Positions 21,761 through 32,400 of a DNA stretch of 64,000 bases are shown here, piece after piece. The notes beneath the pieces are model-generated. The model saw only the letters and a program-made list of their open reading frames with translations, was not told the DNA's origin and did no database searches. Origin of the DNA: Prasinococcaceae sp. CCMP 1430 (lineage: Eukaryota; Plantae; Prasinodermophyta); contig RQSC01001302.1 of assembly GCA_013416795.1 (NCBI GenBank), positions 1 to 64,000 of the forward strand, given 5' to 3'. Position 1 is the stretch's first letter, and each line of letters starts with the position of its first letter. The translations under genes and the position numbers were made by a program.

Positions 21761-22506
21761 AGCAGCGAAGGGTTGGCAAAAGCTGAGTGAGTGACGGGCT
21801 GGGCAGCGGGTGTCGGCGCTCCGAGCGGCTTGGCGGGCCCTTGGGGTGTCGACAGCGCGCATGCGCTCGGCGGCAGCTGAGGAGCTGTCGTGGTGGGGGG
21901 AAGTCTCCGCAGTATTCCACGCAACTGAACATCATTATCTTATAATCTTCTTAGTGACTATAATATAATAATGACTATGCATCTTCCCCGCGTCTTGCCC
22001 GAGCACCAACGCGCCCTCTAGCCAGCAGCGACACCAGCCGACCGGGCCAAGCAAGCCAGGCCGCGTCGTCCGTCAGGGGAGTGGCGTGCGCGAACCCGGC
22101 GCTCCTGCCGAGGCCCGTCGGCGCGTGAACCCACCCCTCGCGGCAGGCGTGCGTCCTCCGCGCTCACGCCGGGCCGGGCGAGCCCTCCCCGTGCGCTCCC
22201 GTGCGACCTCGCAGGCGGTGAGACGACGTCGCAGGGTTTCTCGCAGGCGACGGAGGAACACACATCGATATGACACGCACATCACATGCCCTTTCGAAGC
22301 ATTTCCCAACGATCCTAATTTTCGTGGAGGACTTCCGCGAAATAGGGCCGTTCGGTTGGCTTTCATTGGTGGTTTTGAACCTGCGGTTCGGGCGGAGGGC
22401 CGTTCGGCGCTTGCGTTTTCGAGGCGGATCGCGATCCGCGCCCCGGCCGCGGCGTCAACAACCGACGGCCGCAGATCCCTGCGGCGCTGCGCGCGTGCAG
22501 CGCGGG

Positions 22507-22543
22507 GTGTGTGCGTGCGTGCGTGCGTGTGCGTGCGTGTGTG

Positions 22544-22587
<44 letters not shown>

Positions 22588-22662
22588 CGTGTGTGTGTGT
22601 GTGTGTGCGTGCGTGTGTGTGTGTGTGTGTGTGTGTGCGTGTGTGCGTGCATGTGCGTGTGT
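22507..22662 (+). repeat. (GT)n/(GTGC)n microsatellite, intronic
   Basis: Seen directly in the sequence. Confidence 0.95.
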
Positions 22663-22702
22663 CAGCACGTCAAAGGCAGTGGTCAGCCCGCCTGCTCTGC
22701 AG

Positions 22703-23091
22703 CGACCGCCCCCGCGGCGCGCGCGGGCGTGCACCCCTCGGCGGTGGTGCACGAGTCCGCGTCGCTCGGCGAGGGCGTCGAGGTGGGGCCGCTGTGCGTG
22801 GTGGGTGAGGGCGCCGTCGTGGGCGCGCGCTGCAGACTCATGGCGGGGTGCGTCATCTCCGCAGGGGGGGTCACGCTGGGCGAGGACTGCGTCGTACACC
22901 CGCACGCCGTCATCGGCGACGAGAGCGTCCCCGGGTTGACCGTCCTCGGCGACGGCAACATCGTCGGCGCCAGCGCCGTCGTCGGCGCGCGCTGCCAGGA
23001 CCTCAAGTACGTGCCGGGGAGCGACTGCCACCTGCGCATCGGAGACCACAACGACATACGCGAGTTCGCATCCATACACCGCTCCTCCAAG
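22703..23091 (+). CDS. lpxA: UDP-N-acetylglucosamine O-acyltransferase (LpxA), single internal exon; rest of the gene not assembled
   Basis: Hexapeptide repeats VHPSAVVHESASLGEGVEVGPLCVVG, followed by GARCQDLKY and NDIREFASIHRSSK, closely resemble plant LpxA. Bounded by ctgcAG (22702) and GTGCG (23092). Confidence 0.85.
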
Positions 23092-23129
23092 GTGCGGAGG
23101 GACAGCGCGCGGGCGGACGGATGGTGGTG

Positions 23130-23303
<174 letters not shown>

Positions 23304-23682
23304 GTTGTGTTCATCTTTTTTGTGTGCGTGTGTGTATGTGCAAGTGTGTGTGTGCGTGTGTGCACACACGTGTGTGTTTGAGTGCGTGTGCGGGCGCTTC
23401 TTCCCGCCGCTGCTGCTGCTCGCACGTGCACACGGGCGGGGCAGCGCGCGGTGGGCGCGAGAAGTTTTCCGGCGCCGCGCGCGGTGTGCGGCGTGCGTGC
23501 GTGTGTGTGTGCGCGCGCGCGCGCGCGCGGGCGGCACACGCGCGTCCGCAGCGCACGCACACACGGGCGGACGGGGCCGTACACGCGCACGCGCACACGC
23601 CCTTCGTGTGTGGCGTGGTGTGGGGAGAGAAGGGGCGGTCGGCAAACCTCCAGGCGGAGGAGCGAGGCCAACAACAGCAGCG

Positions 23683-24123
23683 ATGGTGCGCACGAACCGC
23701 GTGTCGGTGGGCGCGTCGCGCGTCAAGAAGGGCAAGGCCGGCGGCAAGGGGGCGACGCGCCACGCCGTGGAGCGCCCGCTGTACTACGACCCGGTGGAGG
23801 GGGGCAAGACGCGCTCCGCCAAGGAGCGCCACGTCGGGCCGCAGACCGCGTCGGTGCTGCAGGAGAAGTTCGTGAAGATGTGCGTGGACGCCGTGCGCGC
23901 CGCGGGCGGCAACGGCGCCACCGTGGACGAGGTGGAGGTGTGGTGCCAGCGCAACTTCGGCCGGTACGGCGTGGAGCCGCAGCAGTTCCGCTCGCGCTTC
24001 CGCGGCAAGCAGCTGCTCACGCGCGAGCTGCCCACGCGCGGCCTCGTCGCCAAGGTGGAGGCGCGCGACCACTCGAGCGGCAGCGCCGCGCGCTACGCGC
24101 TCACGCCCGCGGTGGCCTACTAA
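23683..24123 (+). CDS. Small basic protein with a linker-histone H15-like winged-helix domain
   Basis: 146 aa with strong codon bias and a K/R-rich N-terminus, then FVKMCVDAVRAAGGNGATVDEVEVWCQRNF...GLVAKVE...SGSAARYAL, which fits the H1 globular-domain helix/wing pattern by eye. Confidence 0.55.
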   Translation: MVRTNRVSVGASRVKKGKAGGKGATRHAVERPLYYDPVEGGKTRSAKERHVGPQTASVLQEKFVKMCVDAVRAAGGNGATVDEVEVWCQRNFGRYGVEPQQFRSRFRGKQLLTRELPTRGLVAKVEARDHSSGSAARYALTPAVAY

Positions 24124-24433
24124 GGCGCCGGCACCGCGCCCCCCTCCCCATCGCCCCAACACCCACCACACGCGGGTGGGCGGGTGGGTGCGTAGGCGGG
24201 AGCACGCACCACGGCAGCGCGAGCGATCGCAGCGTTGCCGCCACAGTACCAACAGACACCCGCAGTAAACTTTCGGCGACCGAGTGCTGCGAGCACCGAG
24301 TGCGCAGCACAATGCGTCGTGTGGCAAAGGCGCTCACTGCGGCGTACCGCGCCGGACTCGTTTCGCTCGCGCCGCGCGCGCGCGCGCGCGCGCTCGCGCG
24401 CGCGGCTCGCGGACGCACCACGACGAAAATCGC

Positions 24434-27431
24434 TTACGGAGGCGGTGGTGCCGCCGCGGCAGGGGGCGGATGCGCCGCAGCCGCAGCCGCCGCGGGCGCG
24501 GGCGCGCTCCCCCTGACCACCCCGATGGCCTTGTCCATGTCGACGGCACCCCCCTCCTCGAGCTGTTTGAAAATCTCTTTGCCGAGCGCGGCGCCGTCCA
24601 CCGCCGCGCCGGGCGCGGCGAGCGCCACCTGCGCGAGGATGGCCTGCAGCTGCTCCATGGACATGTTTGTGGTGCCCGGCGCGGGCGTGGGCTGCGCCGC
24701 CGCCGGTGTGGGCGCTGCGCTCGCCGGGTTGAGGAAAGAGTCGGCGAGCAGCTCGTCCATGGTGATGCGTGTCCGCGGGTCGCGGTCGAGACAGCGCCGG
24801 ATGGTGTGCATGAGCTGCGCGTTGGGCAGCTCGGGGAAGGCGATGGCGTGCTTGGGGTCGGTGATGGCGTGCAGCTTCTGGATGAAGGCCAGGTGCGAGA
24901 AGGGCGTGCGTCGGTACGCCATCTGGTACAGGATGCACCCCAGCGACCACACGTCGCTCGCGCGCCCCACCTTGATGGGCGCGCCACCCGGCCCCGCGTT
25001 GCCGCTGAGGATGGCCTCCGGGCTCATGTAGTTGAGCGTGCCCACCTGCCCCTCGCGCACAATGGACGTGGTGTTGTCGTTGATGCGCTTGGCGATGCCG
25101 AAGTCGATGAGCTTCAGCGTGCCCTCCACGAACAAAAAGTTGGCGGGCTTCAAGTCCGAGTGCACGATGCGCGCCTCGTGGATGGTTTGCACGGCCTCGA
25201 GCATCTGCTGCCAGTACAGGCGCAGGAAGTTCTCATCGACTGCGCCGTTGCGCTCGCGGTCGCGCCGCGAGAGGAGCCGCGCCAGGTCGATCTCGCCGTA
25301 CTCAAGCACCACAAAGATGAGGCCGTGGCGCTTGATGACGTCGTGCGCGATCAGCTGGATGATGTTGCTCTTCCCGCGCAGGCGCTTCAGCAGCGTTATC
25401 TCGTCCAGGAAGCCCGCAGCGCTCTCGGCGTCGCGGCCCGAGAGCTTGATGCGCTTCATCGCGTAGATCTTGCGATTGGGCGCCATCACCTTGTACACCT
25501 TGCTAGAGCCACCCTTGCCGACGCACTCGAGCTTGGCGTACTTGACGCCTGCCACCACCACGCTGTTGTCGTCCTCGTGGAAGGGCAGCTTGACCGCGCC
25601 AGACACCGCCTTGTCCGCTTTGGCGCCCGAGCGCGCCTTGGGGTTCACCCGCACGTCTTCTGGAGATGGCGAGCGCTTCCCCCCCGGCTGCTGCTTTTGT
25701 TGCTCCTGCCCCTGCTGCTTCTGTTGTCGTTGCTGCTGCTGCGCCTGCTGCTGCTGTGCTCGTTGCAACGGCTCAGCCTTCTGCGCTTGAGCTGCTGCCT
25801 GCTGCGAGCGGTGCTGCGCGAGCTTCTCCTCAGCGCGCTGCTTGGCGGCGCCCTGCGCCTGTGCTGTCGCCGCGGCCGCGGCCGCGTGCTCCTTGCGGTT
25901 GGTCTCCACGGCACCGTGCAGCTCGCCCACCGCATCGACGTACGTGTTCATCGCGCTCACAGCACGCGAGGCGATGGCCAGCACGGGTGTCTTTCCATCC
26001 TTGCCGTCGTTGTTGGTGTGCACCTTCTTTTTGGCCTTCCCGAGGCCAGCGCTTTTGCCCGGCGTCATCTGGGCGACGGCGCGAACGCAGCCGTGCACGC
26101 GAGCGCGCGTCAGCTTGGCGCTCGACACACCACTCCGCGCGCTGGGGCGCGGGCCGCGCGAGCACGCACGCACGCACCTTGCGCTTCATTGCAGCTGCCA
26201 TCTCCTCGTCGGGATCCTCCGCGATGGGCGAAGGGGTGGCCCCGACGCTAGGCACAGGCGCGGGCGCGGGCAGCTCCTCACCAGGGCGCACGCGGCGGGC
26301 GGGACCGCCCAAGCCTCCGAGGCGGCGCAGGCTACCAGCTTTCTTAGTGCTTGACGTCGGCGCGGGTGTGCTCAACGACGCCGCAGGCCTGGAGGGCGTC
26401 ACCATCGCCGTCGCCGTCCGCGCCGCGGGTGAAGGCGCCAATGGAGGGAGCGCCGCGGCTGTCGCGGCCTGCCGCCTGCCGCCGACCCTGTTCGTGCGAA
26501 TCATGACGGTGTCATCTTCGGCGTCCGCCGCTTCCGGCACCGGCGCAGGCGCAGTCGCGGTCGCGGTCGCCGGCACCGCCGCGGGTGCGGGGGCGGGGGC
26601 GGCGGGGGGCCTGGCGGCGGTCGCCCCCCTCGCGGCGCGCGGTTTGACAAACACGGTGTCATCGTTGTCGTTCGGGGTGAAACGGGCTGGCGCGGCGGCC
26701 GGGTCAGGCGCACGGCGCGCCCGGCTCGAGCGGCGGCCGCTTGCGGGACGGATGGTGATGGTGTCGTCGCCGTCGATGAGCATTGGCGACGGTTGCGGCT
26801 CGGGTAGCGGCGCGCTCGCCACAGCGGCAACGCGGGAGGGCGTCGCGGCCACCTTTGCGGGCGTGGGGGCATCTGGCGGCCCCTCCACGGTGGCCCTCGC
26901 CAGCACGGAGGGATCGATGGCGCCGCCGCTTTGCAGCTGCGCGCGGGCCTCCTCGATCGCCTCGGCTGGGGCGGCTCCCCTGTCGCTGCCCTTGCGGAGG
27001 ATGCCCTCGGCCTTGCCGGTGTTGCCGGCGAAGCTCTCGAGCAACGCCCAGGCGACGTACAGCAGCGCGAATTCCTCGCCAACGTGCTGCGCCTTGAGGC
27101 ATCGGAAGGTGTCGCGCGCGTCCTCCTCAGACTCAACCATCTGTTGCAGCGCGTATCCGACCCACAGGCGCAGGTAGTCGGCGTTCTTGCTCATGCCGGA
27201 GCGCGGGACCGTCTTGACCGCCCAGCCGTACAGGCGCAACAGCTCGGACGGCCGCCCGCCGGTGCCCTCCTCGTGCTCGAGGAAGGCGAGCCACGCGCGC
27301 GGGCGCGCCGCATCTGACATGAGCGAGGCCGCGAGCGTGGCGCGCTCGGCGGCTGCGGCGCTCTCGTCGGCGTCGCCGTCTGAGCGAGCGCGGCGGGCGC
27401 GCGCGCGGCCGAGCGGCGTCGCCGCGGCCAT
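24434..27431 (-). CDS. MPS1: Mps1/TTK spindle-checkpoint kinase with N-terminal TPR domain; intron 26069-26177
   Basis: Kinase motifs VGKGGSSKVYKV, LEYGEIDL, WQQMLEAV, IVHSDLKPANFL, LKLIDFGIAK, QVGTLNYMSPE and DVWSLGCILYQM are Mps1-specific. The TPR-like segment is YLRLWVGYA..EDARDTF..FALLYVAWALLE..GNTGKAEGILRKG. Confidence 0.92.
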
Positions 27432-28046
27432 CGCGCTCGCCAAGGCGCGCTCGCCGCGGGCGGCGCCGCGGCCGCTGCGCGCGCTCTGGAGCGAAACGCC
27501 TCTCTCCCCCACACCCCCCCTCCCCCACCCACACACACCCGCTCACCCGCTCGCCGCCCGCGCACACGCGCGCTCGTGCGCGCGCGCACGATTCCCGCAC
27601 GCATCAACTTTCATCGCCGCGAGTCTGCGCGAGTACCATATTCGTACCATCTAAAATGCACGCAAAGATACCTTTTTTAGAAACGCAAACCGAAAAATTC
27701 CAATCGAACTTTCGAGTTTGCAACGGCCATGCGGTTTTCGTTGTCTTGCACCCAATGCTTTTTGATGTACAAGTGAATCGACACGTCAAAACGCATTCGG
27801 GCCTCGCGGGGCGCGCGCGCTGGGTAACAACGCCCGCGCGCGCGCGCGGTTTGGGGTTGGCGCTCCTTCGTCCAAAAACGCATGCGTTCTATCGGCGTCG
27901 AAAAACGCGCGCATTTGAGGTTTGCACCATGAGTTGGTGTGCCCCCTTTGGATGTAGGGTTTGTGGTGTGGGTCGAACGCTGGCGCCGCCGGCGGCGCCG
28001 CTGTGGCGCCGCCACGCGGGCGGGGGGGAGGGGGGTGGGGGCAGAG

Positions 28047-29318
28047 ATGAGTCAGAAGGGAACGCAGCTCACACGCAGCGCGCGCTCTGCTGCCGCCAGC
28101 TCGCAAGCCGGCGCAGCAGGGTTCGCGGCGGCAGAGGCCCGGGCGCGCGAGCGCGGGCGCCTGCGGCCGGCGGCGCGGCGAACGAACGCACTTGCGCTTG
28201 AGCGTCTGAATGAACGCCTCAACCTCCGCCTCGAGCTGCTCCGAGAGCGCCATCGCGCCCCCTCCCCTCCCTCGCCTTGCCCGCCTGCGCCGCGGCCGCC
28301 ACACCTCCGCCCTCGCGATTCAAGCGCCACCGCGGCGGCGGCGACGGCGGCTGCCAAGGTTGCCAAGGCTGCCGCGGCCGGGGCGGCGTCCGCAGCGACG
28401 CGCGGCGTGCGCCGCGTGATGCCCGCGCCCCCGCGACACTGGGTGGGCAACGGTTTTCACGTGTACCCCGTCTTCGAGCGGCTGGCGTTCACCGAGGAGG
28501 TGAGCCCCTGGCTCATGTTTGACTACGCGGCGCCCAAGGACTTCCCGCCGGCGAAGCGCGCGGGCGAACGGCGCGGCGTGGGCCGGCACCCACACCGCGG
28601 CTTCGAGACGGTGACCATCGCCTTCCAGGGCGAGGTGGAGCACGCCGACTCGACGGGCAACCGCGACGTCATCGGCCCCGGCGACGTGCAGTGGATGACC
28701 GCCGGTCGAGGCATCGTGCATGAGGAGTTCCACAGCGAGGCGTTCGCTGCCAGCGGCGGGACATTCGAGATGTGCCAGCTTTGGCTCAACCTGCCCGCCG
28801 CAAAGAAGATGACCAAGCCCAACTACCAGCCCATCCTGGCTGGGGACATCCCTGAGGTGGCGCTTCCCGCGGAGGGCGGCGCGGGCGGCGAGGCGGGCTC
28901 GGTGCGCGTCATCGCCGGCTCGTATGGCGGCGCGGCCGGGCCGGCGCGCACGCACTCCCCCGTGGAGCTATGGGATGTCGCGCTTGGACCCAAGGGCGCC
29001 TTCAGCCGCCTTGAGCTGCCAGACAGCCACAACGTTGTGGTATTCGTGCGCAGGGGGGAGGTGCTGCTCGGCGCCGAAGGGGAGGAACGCGTTGTCAAGG
29101 CGCAGGGGGTGGCGCTCATGGAGCGCGGTGGCGCGGGCGGAGAGGGTGCCACGTCGAGCGTGCGCCTCGCGGCAAACCAGCGCGGCACACAGGTGCTGCT
29201 GCTCGCAGGCGAGCCGCTGGACGAGCCCATCGCCGCGCAGGGACCCTTCGTGATGAACACACAGAAGCAGCTGCACCAGGCGATGGATGACTACTACAGC
29301 GGCAAAATGGGGAGGTAA
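28047..29318 (+). CDS. Pirin family (bicupin) protein; start uncertain (conserved part from ~28400)
   Basis: Motifs HWVGNGFHV, PWLMFDY, HPHRGFETVT, HADSTGN, GDVQWMTAGRGIVHEE, QLWLNLP and GEPLDEPIAAQGPFVMNT. Confidence 0.92.
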   Translation: MSQKGTQLTRSARSAAASSQAGAAGFAAAEARARERGRLRPAARRTNALALERLNERLNLRLELLRERHRAPSPPSPCPPAPRPPHLRPRDSSATAAAATAAAKVAKAAAAGAASAATRGVRRVMPAPPRHWVGNGFHVYPVFERLAFTEEVSPWLMFDYAAPKDFPPAKRAGERRGVGRHPHRGFETVTIAFQGEVEHADSTGNRDVIGPGDVQWMTAGRGIVHEEFHSEAFAASGGTFEMCQLWLNLPAAKKMTKPNYQPILAGDIPEVALPAEGGAGGEAGSVRVIAGSYGGAAGPARTHSPVELWDVALGPKGAFSRLELPDSHNVVVFVRRGEVLLGAEGEERVVKAQGVALMERGGAGGEGATSSVRLAANQRGTQVLLLAGEPLDEPIAAQGPFVMNTQKQLHQAMDDYYSGKMGR

Positions 29319-29444
29319 GTAAAGGCCTCGCGCTCCCGGCTGGTGGCATAGTCCGCCGCGCGCGCGCGCGCGCGCTTCGGCCGTGCGATGCCCGTCGCTG
29401 TTTGAACGATGCGCGAGCGCACGGCGTACGTCTTACGACACGCG

Positions 29445-32400
29445 TCACACGCTCTTGTAATGCACGGACATGAACATGTCAACGCGATCGGCGAGCGTCT
29501 TGCCCTTGCAAAGCAGCCACGCGAGGTACGCCACGCCCGCCTTGAACTCGGACAGGCTCATCTCCTGGTCGCCTCCCCGCACCCCGCCCCGCCCGGCCTT
29601 TGAGCTGCCGCCCAAATCCTCTATGTGCATCAGCGCGTCCTGAGGCTCGGCCGCGTGCAGGTCCGGCGCGGGCGGGGGTGGTGCGGCGGCGGCCGACGGC
29701 GGCGGTAGCATGGTGGCGATGACCTCGATAGCCTCGCTCTCGATCTCCTCCTCCTCGTCTATGTTTGCCTCGACAGCGGCGCGGCGCAGCGCCTCGAGCC
29801 GCGCCTCAACCACGTCGTCGTCCTCCTCCTCCTCGAACATTGCGGCCTCCTCGAAATTCTGCACCGCCTTGGTGGGTGTCTCGTCCTTGAGGAAGAAGGG
29901 CAGCTTGCCGCGGTCATCATCGGCGAACTGCACGTAGACTGAGCGCGCCTTCATAATGGACACCTTGTTGCCCGTGCAACGCCAGTCCTTGCACATGGTC
30001 ACGAAGGCACCGAGTCCCACGGCCCGGCCGCCGGTCTTGCGCGAGTCCCACGCGCGCTTGAGGTCTCGCGCATCCCTCGCGTTGTATTTGAACTTTTTAA
30101 AGGCCCTCTCGAAGGCCTCGTCCATCTCCAACCGCTCCGCGCGCGGGGCAACCACCTCCTCCATGAAGAGCGCCAGGGCGTACCCCACGCCGCGGCGCGT
30201 GTGCGGGAACGCATTCACGCTGAGGTGACCGCGCTTGCCAACCAGCCAGGAGAGGCGCACCAGCAGGTCCATGAACTCGTCGAACGTGATGGCGTCGTCG
30301 ACCTTCTTGTTCGGGTCGGGGCGGAGGCCGCCGGCAACCTGCCCCTTCTGATCGATCTTGAGCGAGGTCATGACCGGCCCATTGACCACGCCGAACATGG
30401 CGTTGACTGTCGGGTTCTGCGGTTCCGAGAGGGCGTCGGGCAGCCGCAAACTCCTCATGAAGTCGTCCAGCTATCGCAGGTTGTGCGCGCGAGTGCATTA
30501 GCGCACGTCCTCGCGCGTCAGCATCGAAACTTTGTCGCAAGGGCTGGAGCGCGCGCGGTGCGAGCTCCCGCGCCACAGCGCACGCGCGCGCACTAAGTAC
30601 CTGAATGAGGGTCATCTGGAACGGGTTGTTCTCGCCCACGCTCCCGGCGCTGCAGTAGTACTGGAAGATCGACTTGGCCATGGCGTAGCAGCGAACCAGC
30701 TGCATGCCGATGTCCTTGTCGGGAGGGAGCGGCCTCGGCAGGACCAGGTCGGCGGGCCCTTTGCCAGGCGCCACGTCGGCATCGAGCTCGAGCGGGATGC
30801 GCATCTTGTTGTGCCCCTCCGCCGCAGCGACGATGTTGTATAGGCCGCCGCTCTGCGCGCCGAAGGTGTATGTGCCATCCTCGCCACACACCGTGCGCAT
30901 CTTTATCTTCCCATTGCGCTTCAGCCACACGACGGCACCGCTGAGCCCACCCGTGCCGGCGTTAATGCTGAATACTCGGCCACTCACATTGAATTTCACG
31001 CACTCGAGCGCTGCGTCGACGCCTTCGATGTCACCATCCACAATGGGCGCCGGGATGTCCACGGCCTTGAAGAAGCCGGTCGCCTCGACGTGCACGGTGT
31101 AATTGGCGCACAACAGGTCCTCGAAGGCATACTCACCGCCCTCGCCGGTGCGCGCGTCAGCCATCTGGTCGCCGGTCGCTCCCAATAGCACCACGCGCAC
31201 ATCGTGCAGCGCGTCGCCGCTCTCAGCGTCCGACACGCGGCCGTACACAGCGTAGCGAGTGAGCGACACGCTGGCGTCAAGCTCGATGTCCTCGAAGGGC
31301 ACCTCGACGGTCGTCGTGTTGGTTGTGTATCGGTCAGCGTCAAACTTGGCAAAATACCAGCCTGGGCGCACTCCCTCGATGCGGAAGGTGCCGTCCTCTG
31401 CGGACATCCCCGTCTTGCGCGATGGCTTCAGTGCAGCGCCTCGCTTCTTGCCGCCGCCGGCCGGGTTGAGGGTGATGGATGCGGCAGGAACGGGCACGAT
31501 CGTGTTCTCGGTACTGTTCAAGAGATCTTTGACGGTGCCGTACACAGCGAATGCGATCTCAGCGAGCTTGAAGTTCTGATCAACATCGCCACCGTCGACA
31601 ACCAGCGGCACCACGCTCGGATGGTAGCCGCTGGCTGACGCGCGCAGCGCGTACGTGCCCTCGTTCAGCTCCAGGCCGTAGCTCCCGAAGCCGTCCGAGA
31701 CGGTGGTCGCAACCTCGGTGCCATTCCCGTCAAGGAGCGTGATCTCGGCGTCCTCGACGTAGCCACCTTGTTCGCCGGCGCTCTCGACCATGCCGCGGAG
31801 GACGAGCGTCGCTGTCTGCAAGACGATCTCGGGCATGACCATGCTCGCTACGGCGGCGGCCGCGCCAGCAGCGCTGTCGGCAGGGTCGGCATCATCGGCC
31901 TGTCCTGCCGCGGCGTCCGCCACAGCCCTGCGGCGGGCGTCCGCCTCGACGCCGACGCTCAATGGCACCGCGACGGCCGAGTACCCATCCAGCGTGACGC
32001 GCGCCTTGTACTCACCCGCGCGCGCTTTGAAGTTGTACTCGCCATCGTCGTCAGCATAGGTTCGCCCCATGACATCACCGTCGCTGTTCACCAGGACGAC
32101 CTCGGCGCCCGACAGTCTGTAGTTTGTTTCCGCGTCGCTGAGGCAACCTTCGACAGTGTACACAGTCGGCTTGAGCTCGTCATTGACAATGGCGTCGCCG
32201 TTTTGCAACTGCACCGTATCCTCAACCGTGTCAAAGTCCGGCGCCGACACGCGCCGCGTATATGCCGCCGGCGGGGCGGCGAGTGAGTACTCGCCGGCCT
32301 CGTTGGTGACCGCGCTGGCGACAACTGCACTTTCAGCATCCAACAGCTCGACGGTGGCGCCGGCGAAGGGACCGTCGCCGTCCACCTCGGTGATGGTGCC

